Shown here piece by piece: positions 39,579 through 49,456 of a stretch of DNA of 64,000 nucleotides. The notes under the pieces were generated by a model. It had not been told where the DNA came from, searched no databases, and saw nothing but the letters and a program-made list of their open reading frames with translations. Position numbers and translations under genes: made by a program. This DNA comes from an uncultured virus (IMG/VR IMGVR_UViG_3300044609_001498) (lineage: Duplodnaviria; Heunggongvirae; Uroviricota; Caudoviricetes), in IMG/VR virus record IMGVR_UViG_3300044609_001498; one strand, written 5' to 3'. Every line of letters begins with the position of its first letter. Positions within the stretch are counted from its first letter, which is position 1.

Positions 39579-40474
39579 TATTTCCTCACCTTCTCATAAT
39601 TTTGTATGAAATATTCTATTGTTTCTGACAAGCCTTCATCAAGCGGAGTAAACTTATAATTTATGATCGATAATAGCTTGGAATTATCGGAAGGTTTTCT
39701 AAATTGCCCATTAGGTTTATCAGAAAGCCACTTTATTTTTCCCTTAAAGTTCATAATTTTTCCAATCATCTCTGCGACTTCTCTGATTGAAATTTCAGAA
39801 GAAGTAGAAAGAATTACGGGAGAATCATCTTCATATTTTTCTAATAAAAGATCACAAATTTCAGCTACATCTCTAGAAAAAATAAATTCTCGTAAGGGTG
39901 TACCGTCTCCCCAAATTTCCCAGTCAGTATTATTCTTTTTTGCTAAATAACATTTATGAATAAGAGCTGGCAATACATGACTGTTTTCGAGATTGTAATT
40001 ATCTTGTGGACCATATACATTAGTAGGAATTACACAAAAATATTTGGTTCCATATTGTTGATTGTACGCTCTCACTTGAACATCTGCCATTCTTTTGGCA
40101 TAAGCATAAGCATCATTCGATGAGTGCGGAGGACCTAAATGAATCTTGGTTTCATCTAGAGGATATTCTACAGAATCTGGGAAAACACAAGTCGAAAGAA
40201 ACACTATCAGTTTTTCAACCTTTCTCATTGCTGCTTCATGAATAATATTCGAGTTCATCGTAATATTATCATAGAAAAAATTGGCTTTATAATTCATATT
40301 AGCCCAGACACCACCTACCTTTGCAGCAGTGTGTATAATAGTAGTAGGAGCAAAGTCTCCTATCATTCTAATTACTTCTGATCTGTTTCTTAGATCGTAG
40401 TCAGAACTTTTTAATTTCATTCCCTCTGAAAATTCAGATCCTATCAGTCCGCTTCCTCCTGTAATTATTTTCAT
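39578..40474 (-). CDS. fcl: GDP-L-fucose synthase
   Basis: ITGGSGLIG, AAKVGG, YAYAK, PTNVYGP.DN, SHVLPALI, WGDGTPLREF. Confidence 0.95.
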   Translation of the reverse strand: MKIITGGSGLIGSEFSEGMKLKSSDYDLRNRSEVIRMIGDFAPTTIIHTAAKVGGVWANMNYKANFFYDNITMNSNIIHEAAMRKVEKLIVFLSTCVFPDSVEYPLDETKIHLGPPHSSNDAYAYAKRMADVQVRAYNQQYGTKYFCVIPTNVYGPQDNYNLENSHVLPALIHKCYLAKKNNTDWEIWGDGTPLREFIFSRDVAEICDLLLEKYEDDSPVILSTSSEISIREVAEMIGKIMNFKGKIKWLSDKPNGQFRKPSDNSKLLSIINYKFTPLDEGLSETIEYFIQNYEKVRK

Positions 40475-40477
40475 AAA

Positions 40478-41449
40478 TTATTTATTCTTGTAGTATTGTA
40501 GCCAATATTCAATCATCTCGTCTAACATTGATTCAAATGTATATTCAGGTTCCCATCCGGTAAGATTTCTAAGTTTTGAAGAATCGCCTTTTAAATCACG
40601 TAACTCTTCAGGTCTAAAATATTTTTCATCTATTTTTAAATAGTCTCTATAATTCAAATCTAAAGAGGAAAAAACATATTCACACAAATCTTTAACTGAA
40701 TGAGATATTCCAGTTGAACAAACAAAATCATCAGGTCTTTCTTGTTGTAGAATCATCCACATCGCTTTTACGTAATCTTTAGCATGACCCCAATCTCGAG
40801 TAGCTTCTAAATTTCCAAGACGTAGAGAATCTGACATGAATAGCTTTATCTTTACGGCTTCTTTAACTACTTTGTTTGTAACGAAATTTGTTCCTCTTCT
40901 GGGAGATTCGTGATTGAAAAGAATTCCATTAGATACAAACATCCCATAAGAATTTCTATAATTTCTAGAGATATTATATGCATAAACTTTTGCACAACCA
41001 TAGGGAGAAACTGGCACTAGTGGAGTATTTTCTCTCTGAAAGCCGTCAGTATCAATAGAGTTTCCGAACATCTCAGAAGATGAAGCTTGATAAATTTTTG
41101 TGTTCGGCTTAATCAGTTTTACAGATTCTAATAAATTCAGGGTTCCAATTCCTGTAGTATTTGCAGTGTAAATAGGTTGATCAAAACTAATTCTAACATG
41201 AGACTGTGCTGCTAAATTATAAATTTCGTCTGGTCTAACTTCTTCTATCACTCTGATTAGAGATGAAAGGTCAGTCATGTCACCGTAAAAAAGTTTTAAC
41301 TCGGAGTATACCCCATTTAGTCGATAAGTTTGATTTTCTGATACTGAATTTCTTTTTAATATCCCATACACTTCATAACCTTTTTCCAAAAGAAATTCTG
41401 ATAAGTATGATCCGTCTTGTCCGTTAATTCCGGTAATTAGTGCTTTCAT
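40478..41449 (-). CDS. gmd: GDP-mannose 4,6-dehydratase
   Basis: ALITGINGQDGSYL, NLAAQSHV, QASSSEMFG, FNHESPRRG, RDWGHAKDYV. Confidence 0.97.
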   Translation of the reverse strand: MKALITGINGQDGSYLSEFLLEKGYEVYGILKRNSVSENQTYRLNGVYSELKLFYGDMTDLSSLIRVIEEVRPDEIYNLAAQSHVRISFDQPIYTANTTGIGTLNLLESVKLIKPNTKIYQASSSEMFGNSIDTDGFQRENTPLVPVSPYGCAKVYAYNISRNYRNSYGMFVSNGILFNHESPRRGTNFVTNKVVKEAVKIKLFMSDSLRLGNLEATRDWGHAKDYVKAMWMILQQERPDDFVCSTGISHSVKDLCEYVFSSLDLNYRDYLKIDEKYFRPEELRDLKGDSSKLRNLTGWEPEYTFESMLDEMIEYWLQYYKNK

Positions 41450-42114
41450 AGTCCTGTATTTATTTTTAAGAATTTTCTAAACTCTGGGCTTTGAACTTTG
41501 GCCCATCTTTTGCAATTTTCAACGGCTTCTTCATATGAATATCCAGCTTCGGGTGGATGATAAACACTTACCAAGTCGTCTACCACCGATCGAAGACCTA
41601 GTTCTCTACAAAAGAATCCTTTCATTACATCTAAGCCCCATCCGATTTTATTCAATCTTACATCAACTGGGTGCATTTTTGAAAGTATGGATCTTCTTGT
41701 TAAAAACATAAAACCTTCTACGAAATTTACATCTCGATATTTATGGCTTCCGGTTTGTTGTTTTAAGAAAAGGTGCGAGCGACCTTCTACACTAGGAGTA
41801 TATAGACCTATATCACTAAATGATCGATGGTCACAGAGCCTACGTGTTAGCTTCCAGTAATTATCTTCGTCTATTCTTACATCAGATGCGATAAAAAGAA
41901 GCCATTTTTTATCAGTTTCTTTTAAAAGCTCACATGCTTTATTAAAGAGACCTGAATAATAAACATTGTCTAATAAGATAAATCGGTTATCCTTTACTTC
42001 GGATCCAGAATCGATTACGATTGTTTTAAAATCTCTTGAAAATTGCGTAAGCAATTTAAGAGCATTTTCATTGTGATTGTGATTAACTACTGTGACTAAA
42101 ATATCTGGATGCAC
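41446..42114 (-). CDS. GT2-like glycosyltransferase
   Basis: VIDSGS, IASDV, GWGLD, VYH. Confidence 0.7.
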   Translation of the reverse strand: MHPDILVTVVNHNHNENALKLLTQFSRDFKTIVIDSGSEVKDNRFILLDNVYYSGLFNKACELLKETDKKWLLFIASDVRIDEDNYWKLTRRLCDHRSFSDIGLYTPSVEGRSHLFLKQQTGSHKYRDVNFVEGFMFLTRRSILSKMHPVDVRLNKIGWGLDVMKGFFCRELGLRSVVDDLVSVYHPPEAGYSYEEAVENCKRWAKVQSPEFRKFLKINTGL

Positions 42115-42115
42115 T

Positions 42116-42772
42116 CTATATAAGATTTCTCATTCTATTATAGAACTGGACATCTATTTGGTTTATTTTTCCGTTGAACCAGAACTGAGCTTTCTGCATT
42201 GTCCATTTGAGATTATTTCGATGCCCAGACCCACCAGTCAACCCGATTCCGTGTTTTACACCAATTGTATAAATCTTCTCTCTATCAAATTTAATAGTGG
42301 CTTTTCTGCATTTCCATTCTCTCCAAATCCACAAATCAGTGAAAGGATCATTATCTGCGGGCCAAGTCATCCCAGTAAATTTGAGATTAACCAAAGTAGA
42401 AAAAGCAGAAGAACGATCTGCGTGATTAGAATGCCAAAGATTTTGTAGTTTTAGATGATAGTAATAAGTCTCTTCTATGCCAAAAAGATCAGGACGTCCT
42501 CTAGATTCCCACATCCTTACCATCCACTCAATGTACTCGTGATGATACCAATCATCATCTTCAATAAATAGAGCAATGTCACAGCCTCTTTTTATAGCTT
42601 CTGCAATTCCTCTTCTGTAACGAAGAGTTATATCTTTCTCATCGTCTCTACTCTGAAAGTTTACAAATATAACTTCGTCAGGAGGAAGTGTTTGACGATG
42701 AATCATTCGTCTACACTGGGCTAAAAAATCTTTTCTATCACCTCGAGTAGGAGTGATTGTGGCTATTTTCAT
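42116..42772 (-). CDS. GT2-like glycosyltransferase
   Basis: ITPTRGDR, QT, FIEDDDWY. Confidence 0.8.
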   Translation of the reverse strand: MKIATITPTRGDRKDFLAQCRRMIHRQTLPPDEVIFVNFQSRDDEKDITLRYRRGIAEAIKRGCDIALFIEDDDWYHHEYIEWMVRMWESRGRPDLFGIEETYYYHLKLQNLWHSNHADRSSAFSTLVNLKFTGMTWPADNDPFTDLWIWREWKCRKATIKFDREKIYTIGVKHGIGLTGGSGHRNNLKWTMQKAQFWFNGKINQIDVQFYNRMRNLI

Positions 42773-43497
42773 CTGCCTCTATTTCCGGAAGAACCACTAC
42801 TGCCCTTAGGTTGCTGAGATTTCCAAACATCATATCGATCAGTAATCTCTACAATCATTTTATTTCTTACGATATCTTCTCTATCAAATTTGTGATGAGT
42901 AACTCCTTTTACGTCAGAAATCATTCCGATGAAGTTTTCGAATGCAGAATCTTTTTCTCTAATATCAATCTGATTAGTATCACCCATTACTAGAATTTTA
43001 CTCTTATTTCCTAAACGAGTAAGATACAAGATTAGCTGGCTTTCGATAGTGTTTTGGGCTTCATCTAAAATCATTAGAGAATGATCGAAGGTTGCTCCTC
43101 TCATAAAGGCAAGAGGTCTAAATTCGATAATACCAAAAGCGAACAATTCATTTACTGCTGCTTCTGGGATAATTTTTTTTAGAGTAAGTATAAAACTTTC
43201 TAAATAAGGAGCAATTTTCTCATCTACAGTACCTGGTAAATATCCTAATTTTTCTCCAGATTCTTGAATAGGTTTCGTTAAAATAATTTTTCGAATGGCT
43301 CCTTTGCTCAATAGACGAAGAGCACTGTACATTGCAGTAAAAGTCTTGCTTGTTCCGGCTGGGCCTGTTGCAAATATTACTTCATTGCTACATATATTTT
43401 CGTAGAGTTCTTGTTGTTTTGGGGTTAGTCTAACATTATCTAAATCGATAGTATAATCTCTTTGTGCGTTTGCGTTTTTATCTCTTTTAACCGCCAT
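42769..43497 (-). CDS. phoH: PhoH-family ATPase
   Basis: GPAGTSKT, LGYLPG, FMRGATF, ILDEAQN, TRLG, GDTNQID. Confidence 0.95.
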   Translation of the reverse strand: MAVKRDKNANAQRDYTIDLDNVRLTPKQQELYENICSNEVIFATGPAGTSKTFTAMYSALRLLSKGAIRKIILTKPIQESGEKLGYLPGTVDEKIAPYLESFILTLKKIIPEAAVNELFAFGIIEFRPLAFMRGATFDHSLMILDEAQNTIESQLILYLTRLGNKSKILVMGDTNQIDIREKDSAFENFIGMISDVKGVTHHKFDREDIVRNKMIVEITDRYDVWKSQQPKGSSGSSGNRGR

Positions 43498-43729
43498 GAT
43501 TTACGACATTAATATTTTTTTCTAATTGTTGTTCTTGTTCTTGTTCTTCCGATATCCAATCTTTAATACTTTCAATAGTTTCGGCTATTGAACATAGATT
43601 GATCTTGCAGTCGCTGTCAATAATTAGGGCATCAGGTTTAGTTAAATAACATTCAATTCCTTCTGCTCCTTTTTCTTTATAAACAATTTTAAGAGATTCT
43701 CTTGAGATATATCTTTTATTGAAACCCAT
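43487..43729 (-). CDS. hypothetical protein
   Basis: MGFNKRYI start; promoter motif upstream. Confidence 0.65.
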   Translation of the reverse strand: MGFNKRYISRESLKIVYKEKGAEGIECYLTKPDALIIDSDCKINLCSIAETIESIKDWISEEQEQEQQLEKNINVVNHGG

Positions 43730-43738
43730 ATACCTATT

Positions 43739-43933
43739 TTATCTTTCTTTTTTGTTTAGTTTAGAAAATAAGAAATATAAGCCAAAAAATAATCCCGAAA
43801 GAAGGTAAAAAATTAAGTCCGTAACCCAATAGGACCCTGTCCACTTCGTTGTCAACGCGAATAGGGCATCGAAGCCCAAAGGGTTGAAAAAGGTGGCTAA
43901 TATAAGACACAGGGTTGCTACTTTCTTGTTCAT
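43739..43933 (-). CDS. small two-TM membrane protein
   Basis: Two hydrophobic helices, FFNPLGFD. Confidence 0.7.
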   Translation of the reverse strand: MNKKVATLCLILATFFNPLGFDALFALTTKWTGSYWVTDLIFYLLSGLFFGLYFLFSKLNKKER

Positions 43934-43960
43934 TCCGTTTATGACTGTCGCCTTCCATTT

Positions 43961-44572
43961 TTAAGAATTTTTTAAATGTTGAAATAGCAATCCAGATAGA
44001 AAAGCAGCTGATTCTCTAACTGTAGTTAAATCTTCATCTTCAAATCCGATTCTTCTCACTCTTTCAACACCGAGACAACCGAAAATTTTACCGTTATGTG
44101 TTTTTAGAGGAACCATAACAATAGATTTGCATCCTGTTGTATCTGCTACGTTTTTTAATCCGTAGGTTCTCTCGTCAACATTAAAATTTTGAACTAAAAG
44201 TTCATCATTCGCTATTATTTCTGAAAAGCTTTTAGCAAAGAGAGAACATGGAATGTTTTGAAACTGTGGAGTAATCTTTTGAATACCGTCATGCACAGTT
44301 TCATAAAAAATACTAAATTTTTGGATGCTTTTTCCAGTAGGATAAAAGTGTCCTCCATTGTGAAATTGAGCAATCCAAACTCTATCAAGATCTAAACCAA
44401 AAAGTAAATCGTCAACTTCTTGATCTACTACAGCACCAAACTCAAAGGCCTCTGTTAATAAATCTTGTTTTTTGCTTTCAAATCTCTTTTTAGCATACAT
44501 GATCGCAATTGGACCAAAAATACCAGAAATAAAAGCTATAAGTATTTCAGTTACTGAAGATGATATATCCAC
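43961..44572 (-). CDS. TM + GAF-like domain protein (possible T4 gpT-type holin)
   Basis: N-terminal TM; DRVWIAQFHNGG..KFSIFYE..SIVMVPL..FGCLGVE GAF-like; late-type promoter upstream. Confidence 0.6.
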   Translation of the reverse strand: MDISSSVTEILIAFISGIFGPIAIMYAKKRFESKKQDLLTEAFEFGAVVDQEVDDLLFGLDLDRVWIAQFHNGGHFYPTGKSIQKFSIFYETVHDGIQKITPQFQNIPCSLFAKSFSEIIANDELLVQNFNVDERTYGLKNVADTTGCKSIVMVPLKTHNGKIFGCLGVERVRRIGFEDEDLTTVRESAAFLSGLLFQHLKNS

Positions 44573-44607
44573 ACCCGATTTGTTTTTTTATTTATCTTTC
44601 CGAGAGC

Positions 44608-44634
44608 AAAAAAAAGCGGGCCAAAGCCCGCTTT
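44608..44634 (-). terminator. intrinsic terminator
   Basis: AAAGCGGGC-TTTG-GCCCGCTTT followed by a T tract on the minus strand. Confidence 0.9.
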
Positions 44635-44650
44635 AGTATGGAAAATCAAA

Positions 44651-45202
44651 TTACTCACTAACTACTTCAGCTTCAGCTTCAATTTGAGTTTCTTGTGAAA
44701 TTTCTGATTGAGGTGCTGCAGTATGTAACTGCATTTCATCATCTAATACGCTTAGACGAGTGTGAATTTCTCTAAGAGTATTATTATCTTTAGCAACAAT
44801 TTCCATTGCATTTGAAATGCTTTCGCCTACAGTAGCTAAAATTTGAATATGTTCTTTAGCCTCATAGAAACCTTGACCTGTATATTTCAGCATAGTTTGA
44901 TATAAACTGGAAATATTAGCGGTTCTCAAATGAATGTTTCCATTCTCATCTAGTTTAGCTTTTTGATCTCTAAGATCCATTACTAGAGCTATAAGAGCCG
45001 CTGCTTCGGTGTGAGACCATTTAGCTTTTTCGACATGCTTAATCATTGTATTCAATCCCTTAGAATCTGCTACATTGATAGGGTATGTTCTATCTCTATT
45101 TTCAATTAAAATCTTTCCAGAGATATCGGAAAGTTCTTTGATTTCTGCTTCAATTTCTTGAGCAGTCATTTCTTTTGGGTTTTTATTACTTACTTGTATC
45201 AT
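44651..45202 (-). CDS. hypothetical protein
   Basis: Helical ORF with ATGA overlap. Confidence 0.7.
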   Translation of the reverse strand: MIQVSNKNPKEMTAQEIEAEIKELSDISGKILIENRDRTYPINVADSKGLNTMIKHVEKAKWSHTEAAALIALVMDLRDQKAKLDENGNIHLRTANISSLYQTMLKYTGQGFYEAKEHIQILATVGESISNAMEIVAKDNNTLREIHTRLSVLDDEMQLHTAAPQSEISQETQIEAEAEVVSE

Positions 45203-45435
45203 TTTGCTTTGCTTCTTGTTCTAGTTGGGGTTGAGGATTCTTCAGACGGTGTTTCTGGTGCTTTTTCTTCAGATTCTGCAGAGGTTACTTTAGCCGCGTT
45301 TTTGAAAAATTTAACAGCTTTAGCCAGCAATTCTGCATCATCTAAAGTGTATGCACCCTGTTTCTGAGCAATTTCTACGCCCTGAATCAAGACGCTTATT
45401 GCTCTAGATGCGTTCATTTCTAATTGTTTTTCCAT
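45199..45435 (-). CDS. hypothetical protein
   Basis: AQKQGAYTLDDAELL; promoter motif upstream. Confidence 0.7.
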   Translation of the reverse strand: MEKQLEMNASRAISVLIQGVEIAQKQGAYTLDDAELLAKAVKFFKNAAKVTSAESEEKAPETPSEESSTPTRTRSKAK

Positions 45436-45464
45436 AGTTTTTATATAAGAAAATGCTTTTTTGT

Positions 45465-45836
45465 TTATTTTATTTGAATAGAAATCTTTTCGTTTCTTTC
45501 TTCTTTGGCAGGAAATAAGATTGTTAAAATTCCATTTTTGTATTCTGCGGAAATGTTTTTAATTTCACAATGGTCAGGAACTGCAATTCTTTGTGAAAAT
45601 TTTTCTCCCCATTTATTAGCCCTTTCGGTGTAAACATTTACGACTGTGGACTCTGCATCTATATGAATTTCATCTTTTTCATATCCGGGAAGAGCCATTT
45701 CAACTTCAAATCCGTTTTCGACTTCTCTGGCCTCTATCCCCCAATTTCTAGTTTTGGTAATTGAAGAAGTTTTCCATAGAGGGCCGCGATCTAAAAGATC
45801 AAACATTTCTCTTAAGTTAATTGGATTGTAAAACAT
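45465..45836 (-). CDS. Hsp20/alpha-crystallin small heat shock protein
   Basis: LPGYEKDEI, ISAEYKNGILTI.FP. Confidence 0.9.
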   Translation of the reverse strand: MFYNPINLREMFDLLDRGPLWKTSSITKTRNWGIEAREVENGFEVEMALPGYEKDEIHIDAESTVVNVYTERANKWGEKFSQRIAVPDHCEIKNISAEYKNGILTILFPAKEERNEKISIQIK

Positions 45837-45878
45837 ATTTTCTTATATTTTTTTATTTTGATTTGTTTATTAAATATC

Positions 45879-45961
45879 TCAAAAAGTATGCCAAAAAGAA
45901 AAATGAGACAAAATGTCTCATTTTATAATTTTTTCTAATAAACTTTATGACAAAATGTCAT
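45879..45961 (-). promoter_or_regulatory. sigma54-like -24/-12 promoter with two upstream GACA-N3-TGTC palindromes
   Basis: TGGCATACTTTTTGA (45879-45893); palindromes AAAATGAGACA-AAA-TGTCTCATTTT (45900-45924) and ATGACA-AAA-TGTCAT (45947-45961). Confidence 0.65.
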
Positions 45962-46106
45962 TATCTTCTTTTTCTACTACCAACTACGAACTTATTAGTT
46001 CTTGTTCTATTTGACATCGATCCACCTCGCTGTCTTGTGGTCGAATCTTCTGAAGAATCCTCCGTTATTGTCGAAGGGGTTGAATATCTCTTTCGTATTT
46101 GATCTA

Positions 46107-47030
46107 TCAACTTTTTTTTTCTTCGGCGTTTTCGTTTTCTTCTTCCGTTTGAATAGATTCTGAGAAATCATTTTCTTCTGAGACTACAACTTCCGGTTCT
46201 TCAGTAACTTCAATCTCTCCAACTTCTTCTTCAACTTCTTCTTCAACTTCTTCTGCAATATCGTTTAGGACTTGATCTAAAGCGTGTGATTCGTCCCATT
46301 CGACATCTTCGTTAAAGTCTGTTAATGAAGCTTCTTCCCATTCTTTGATTTCTTCTTCTAAATCATCATATGCTTCTACTACCTTTCTCATATCTTCTAC
46401 ATTTTCTTCTATTGAAGGTTCTGAATATGATTCTGCGTACTTAAGTGGGATATCTACTAAATAATCTTCGAAGGATTCCTTTTTCGGTTCTTCCTTTATC
46501 TCATTTTTTTGTAAATTAAAAAGATATTCTTCTGATCCTAAAATTTCTTCTTTTACTTCTTTCTCTTCCTCTTCTATTAGTTTTTCTTTCTCAGACTCTG
46601 GCTTGATATAATCTACCAGGGATTTGATAAATCCTAATGCAACAAGAGGTAATATTGCTCCTGACACTGCAGCAATGATTCTCTTTTGAAAGATTACTTC
46701 TTCTTCTATTAATCCAAAAAGTTCTGACCATGAAGTAAAATCCTGAAGATTAGTAAATGCGTAGTACATATTACCCTGCATTTGCATCAGAGTGATTGCG
46801 CTGAATAGAGTCCAAACCAAGCCTCTATTCATTTTATCTAAAATAACCAAAGAAGCTAATGAAGCAGCAGCTCCAACTTCAAAGGCAATAGCCAAAGTGA
46901 CTGCTAGCCAATACGGGTTTGAAAGTTCGAAAAAGTCTATTACGTGAATAGTCGAAATAATCGAAACCATCAAATAAAGGATCACAAAGGTTGAGATTAC
47001 TGATCCTCTTACTATTTTTTCTTTTTTCAT
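46107..47030 (-). CDS. four-TM membrane protein with acidic tail
   Basis: Four hydrophobic helices, then a Glu-rich tail; A9 run just before the stop. Confidence 0.75.
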   Translation of the reverse strand: MKKEKIVRGSVISTFVILYLMVSIISTIHVIDFFELSNPYWLAVTLAIAFEVGAAASLASLVILDKMNRGLVWTLFSAITLMQMQGNMYYAFTNLQDFTSWSELFGLIEEEVIFQKRIIAAVSGAILPLVALGFIKSLVDYIKPESEKEKLIEEEEKEVKEEILGSEEYLFNLQKNEIKEEPKKESFEDYLVDIPLKYAESYSEPSIEENVEDMRKVVEAYDDLEEEIKEWEEASLTDFNEDVEWDESHALDQVLNDIAEEVEEEVEEEVGEIEVTEEPEVVVSEENDFSESIQTEEENENAEEKKS

Positions 47031-47413
47031 TTTTTATCTTTGTTTAATTCTATTGTTTTCTTCTTTGACTCCTCTTTAACTTTTTCAATATATTCTAGAG
47101 CTCTTCCAAGTCTTTTAATAACTTTTGGATCTTTAGCGTGTTTATGAGCAGCTCGAGTTCTTTGATGAATGAGATTAATTATTTGAGACTGTCTAACATG
47201 AGGTTTAGACTTAAAGTCTTCTCTGTTAAGAGTATCTACTATATCTTCCTTTGTTCTAAATTTTACAGGTACTGTATCATCTGGATTTTCATCTGTGTAT
47301 AGTCTACGACCGGATCCTTCAGGTTTTTTACCAGTACCTTCTTCTGGATCCACATACGGATAGCGTCCAGCTTCTCCGATGAATTCTTCGAATAACATAA
47401 TATGTTTCATCAA
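47027..47413 (-). CDS. putative internal virion protein
   Basis: N-terminal MKHIMLFEEFIGE resembles the T4 capsid-targeting sequence; GATATATA upstream. Confidence 0.55.
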   Translation of the reverse strand: MMKHIMLFEEFIGEAGRYPYVDPEEGTGKKPEGSGRRLYTDENPDDTVPVKFRTKEDIVDTLNREDFKSKPHVRQSQIINLIHQRTRAAHKHAKDPKVIKRLGRALEYIEKVKEESKKKTIELNKDKK

Positions 47414-47455
47414 CTATATTTCAATTATATATCCTAAAGCCATTTATAGTTACAT

Positions 47456-49456
47456 TTATAAACTATACTTAGATCTATCTGCATTGTAATTATCCAAAAC
47501 TTCCGATGCAGTTAATGCTCTATTGTATAAGCGGGTTATTCCAATTTTACCGTCAAAGTATTGTAGAGATTCACCATTATTATATGAACCGATGTATAAA
47601 TTAGCAGAAGTGTTTAATATACTTGGTAAACTGTGACTTACAGTACCTATGCTTGAACCGTTGACAAATGTTTGAAGTGTATTAGCAGCAACATTTGTAA
47701 ATACATAAACTATTTGGGACCAAGAACCAATAGTTCCTACATAATTTGTACTGTTTACGAATAGTGTTGAGCCTGATCCAGAGCCCGAACCTATTTGAGC
47801 ATAATAGGTTGTATTGGTTGTTCTTATACTATAACTCACATCTACTGCGAGTCCGCCTGGATCGAACTTTCCTAATACAACATCGTTACCTGAAACAGAT
47901 TGGTTAACCCATACTTCCATTGTCCAATCCCCACTCCCCGGTTCTAATAATGCATTGTCAGCAATACTAACTTGAGACGAAGAACCATTGTATACAAAGT
48001 AAGGGGATGTATATGTTATATTTGACATCGTTCCATTTCTACCGTTACCACTTAAATCAGTAATAGTTGTACCACTGCCTGGATATGATGATGCACTTGA
48101 TGGGTCGTAATATAATACCAAACCATTGGTGGTTATATTAACGATAGTTGGTACGGTAGAATTATAATTAGATAATACCTGTGCGTCGGTTAAAGCGGTA
48201 TTATATACTCGCATTATACCAAATCTACCATCAAAATAACTTCCGTCACCCTGATTTGTAGAATCTTGGGGACCAAAGTTCATATAAAATGGTAGAGAAT
48301 AATCCATAGGTGAATCCCATGCTACATTCACCGAACCCTTAAATACCCCATCAAGGTATCCCCTACATACTGAACCGTTGTAGGTTAAAACTATTTGATG
48401 CCATTCATTAAATGAAACTGCACCTATGTTGCCGGTTGAAGCTAATACAGTTCCATCCCAAAGTCCAACTTCTAAATTACCACCAACTATTTCTATTGCG
48501 GAAGCGTGGTATCCCGTATTATTTGGAGTCGGAGTACCATTATATTGAACCAGTACTCCATTATTAGTCGGATATACCCATACCTCTACTGAATGAACTT
48601 CGTTAAGTGCTGTTATTACTGAACTTAAATTTGGTGTTGTTACATAATCATCACTAAAAGTAAAATAATTACTAGTCCAGGTTGGAGAACCTGTGATTGT
48701 TCCATTCCTACTATTACCACTTAAATCATTGATAGTTGTTCCACTACCACTATATGATGATGTATTAAATGTGTTATAATCCAGAACCAGATTAAAGGCT
48801 GGAGAAAGTGTGTTATATTGTTCTACGATCTCAGGAAAGGATAATTTTCTATTGTATAAGTACAAGTTTGCAACATAACCCCAAGGTTGGGTTACATTAT
48901 GATTATTTCCCCATCCGAAATGTGCAGTTCCCCCTGCTCCATAAGAGATTGAACTTCCAACTTGTAATCCGTTTATGTAAAATGTTTGAGATGAACTATC
49001 TCCGACTATCGCATATTGAACCCAAACCCCGACTGAAGATGCAGTGTTGTAACCAGAGCTTCTAAATGCACTGTCCCAATAACCTAGAGTATCAGTTCCA
49101 TCGAGAATTGTGATTGGTGTGTATCTAGGTGAATTGGTGTAAAGTAATGTTCTGAATGCTGATGGATTAGCTTCCAATCTCGCCCAAGTAATATAGGTGT
49201 ATCCCGAAGTTGGTAAAGTAGGACCAGTTCCATCCACAACAACTCTTTTAGTTCCTGTTGTGCAATCAAAACACCTTATGCCATTAAGAACTGTGTAAGT
49301 TGCACCGGTTAAAGTGTGATCGTATGGGCCAGCCAAGTCAAATACTGCTGTACCAGTACCAGGATAACTTGAAGGATCATTTGCATCTAAATGAATAATA
49401 AGCCCTTCATCTAGATTTGAAATCGACTTAATAAATGAAAATGGAAATACTATCAT
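47456..49456 (-). CDS. triple LamG/concanavalin A-like domain protein (fibre/adhesin-like)
   Basis: Three units each starting SY.G.GT...DL.G and ending LYNR.L...E....YN. Confidence 0.85.
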   Translation of the reverse strand: MIVFPFSFIKSISNLDEGLIIHLDANDPSSYPGTGTAVFDLAGPYDHTLTGATYTVLNGIRCFDCTTGTKRVVVDGTGPTLPTSGYTYITWARLEANPSAFRTLLYTNSPRYTPITILDGTDTLGYWDSAFRSSGYNTASSVGVWVQYAIVGDSSSQTFYINGLQVGSSISYGAGGTAHFGWGNNHNVTQPWGYVANLYLYNRKLSFPEIVEQYNTLSPAFNLVLDYNTFNTSSYSGSGTTINDLSGNSRNGTITGSPTWTSNYFTFSDDYVTTPNLSSVITALNEVHSVEVWVYPTNNGVLVQYNGTPTPNNTGYHASAIEIVGGNLEVGLWDGTVLASTGNIGAVSFNEWHQIVLTYNGSVCRGYLDGVFKGSVNVAWDSPMDYSLPFYMNFGPQDSTNQGDGSYFDGRFGIMRVYNTALTDAQVLSNYNSTVPTIVNITTNGLVLYYDPSSASSYPGSGTTITDLSGNGRNGTMSNITYTSPYFVYNGSSSQVSIADNALLEPGSGDWTMEVWVNQSVSGNDVVLGKFDPGGLAVDVSYSIRTTNTTYYAQIGSGSGSGSTLFVNSTNYVGTIGSWSQIVYVFTNVAANTLQTFVNGSSIGTVSHSLPSILNTSANLYIGSYNNGESLQYFDGKIGITRLYNRALTASEVLDNYNADRSKYSL

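Noticed and set aside
6660..42772. Bacterial O-antigen/capsule locus or eukaryotic giant virus origin
   Set aside because: No export or polymerase genes; interspersed phage-type genes, bacterial sigma factors and T4-like modification enzymes point to a bacteriophage, although no capsid or terminase gene is in this window
43761..43958. Alternative minus-strand ORF of 65 aa
   Set aside because: Overlaps 43739..43933 in another frame; the latter has a more coherent two-TM sequence
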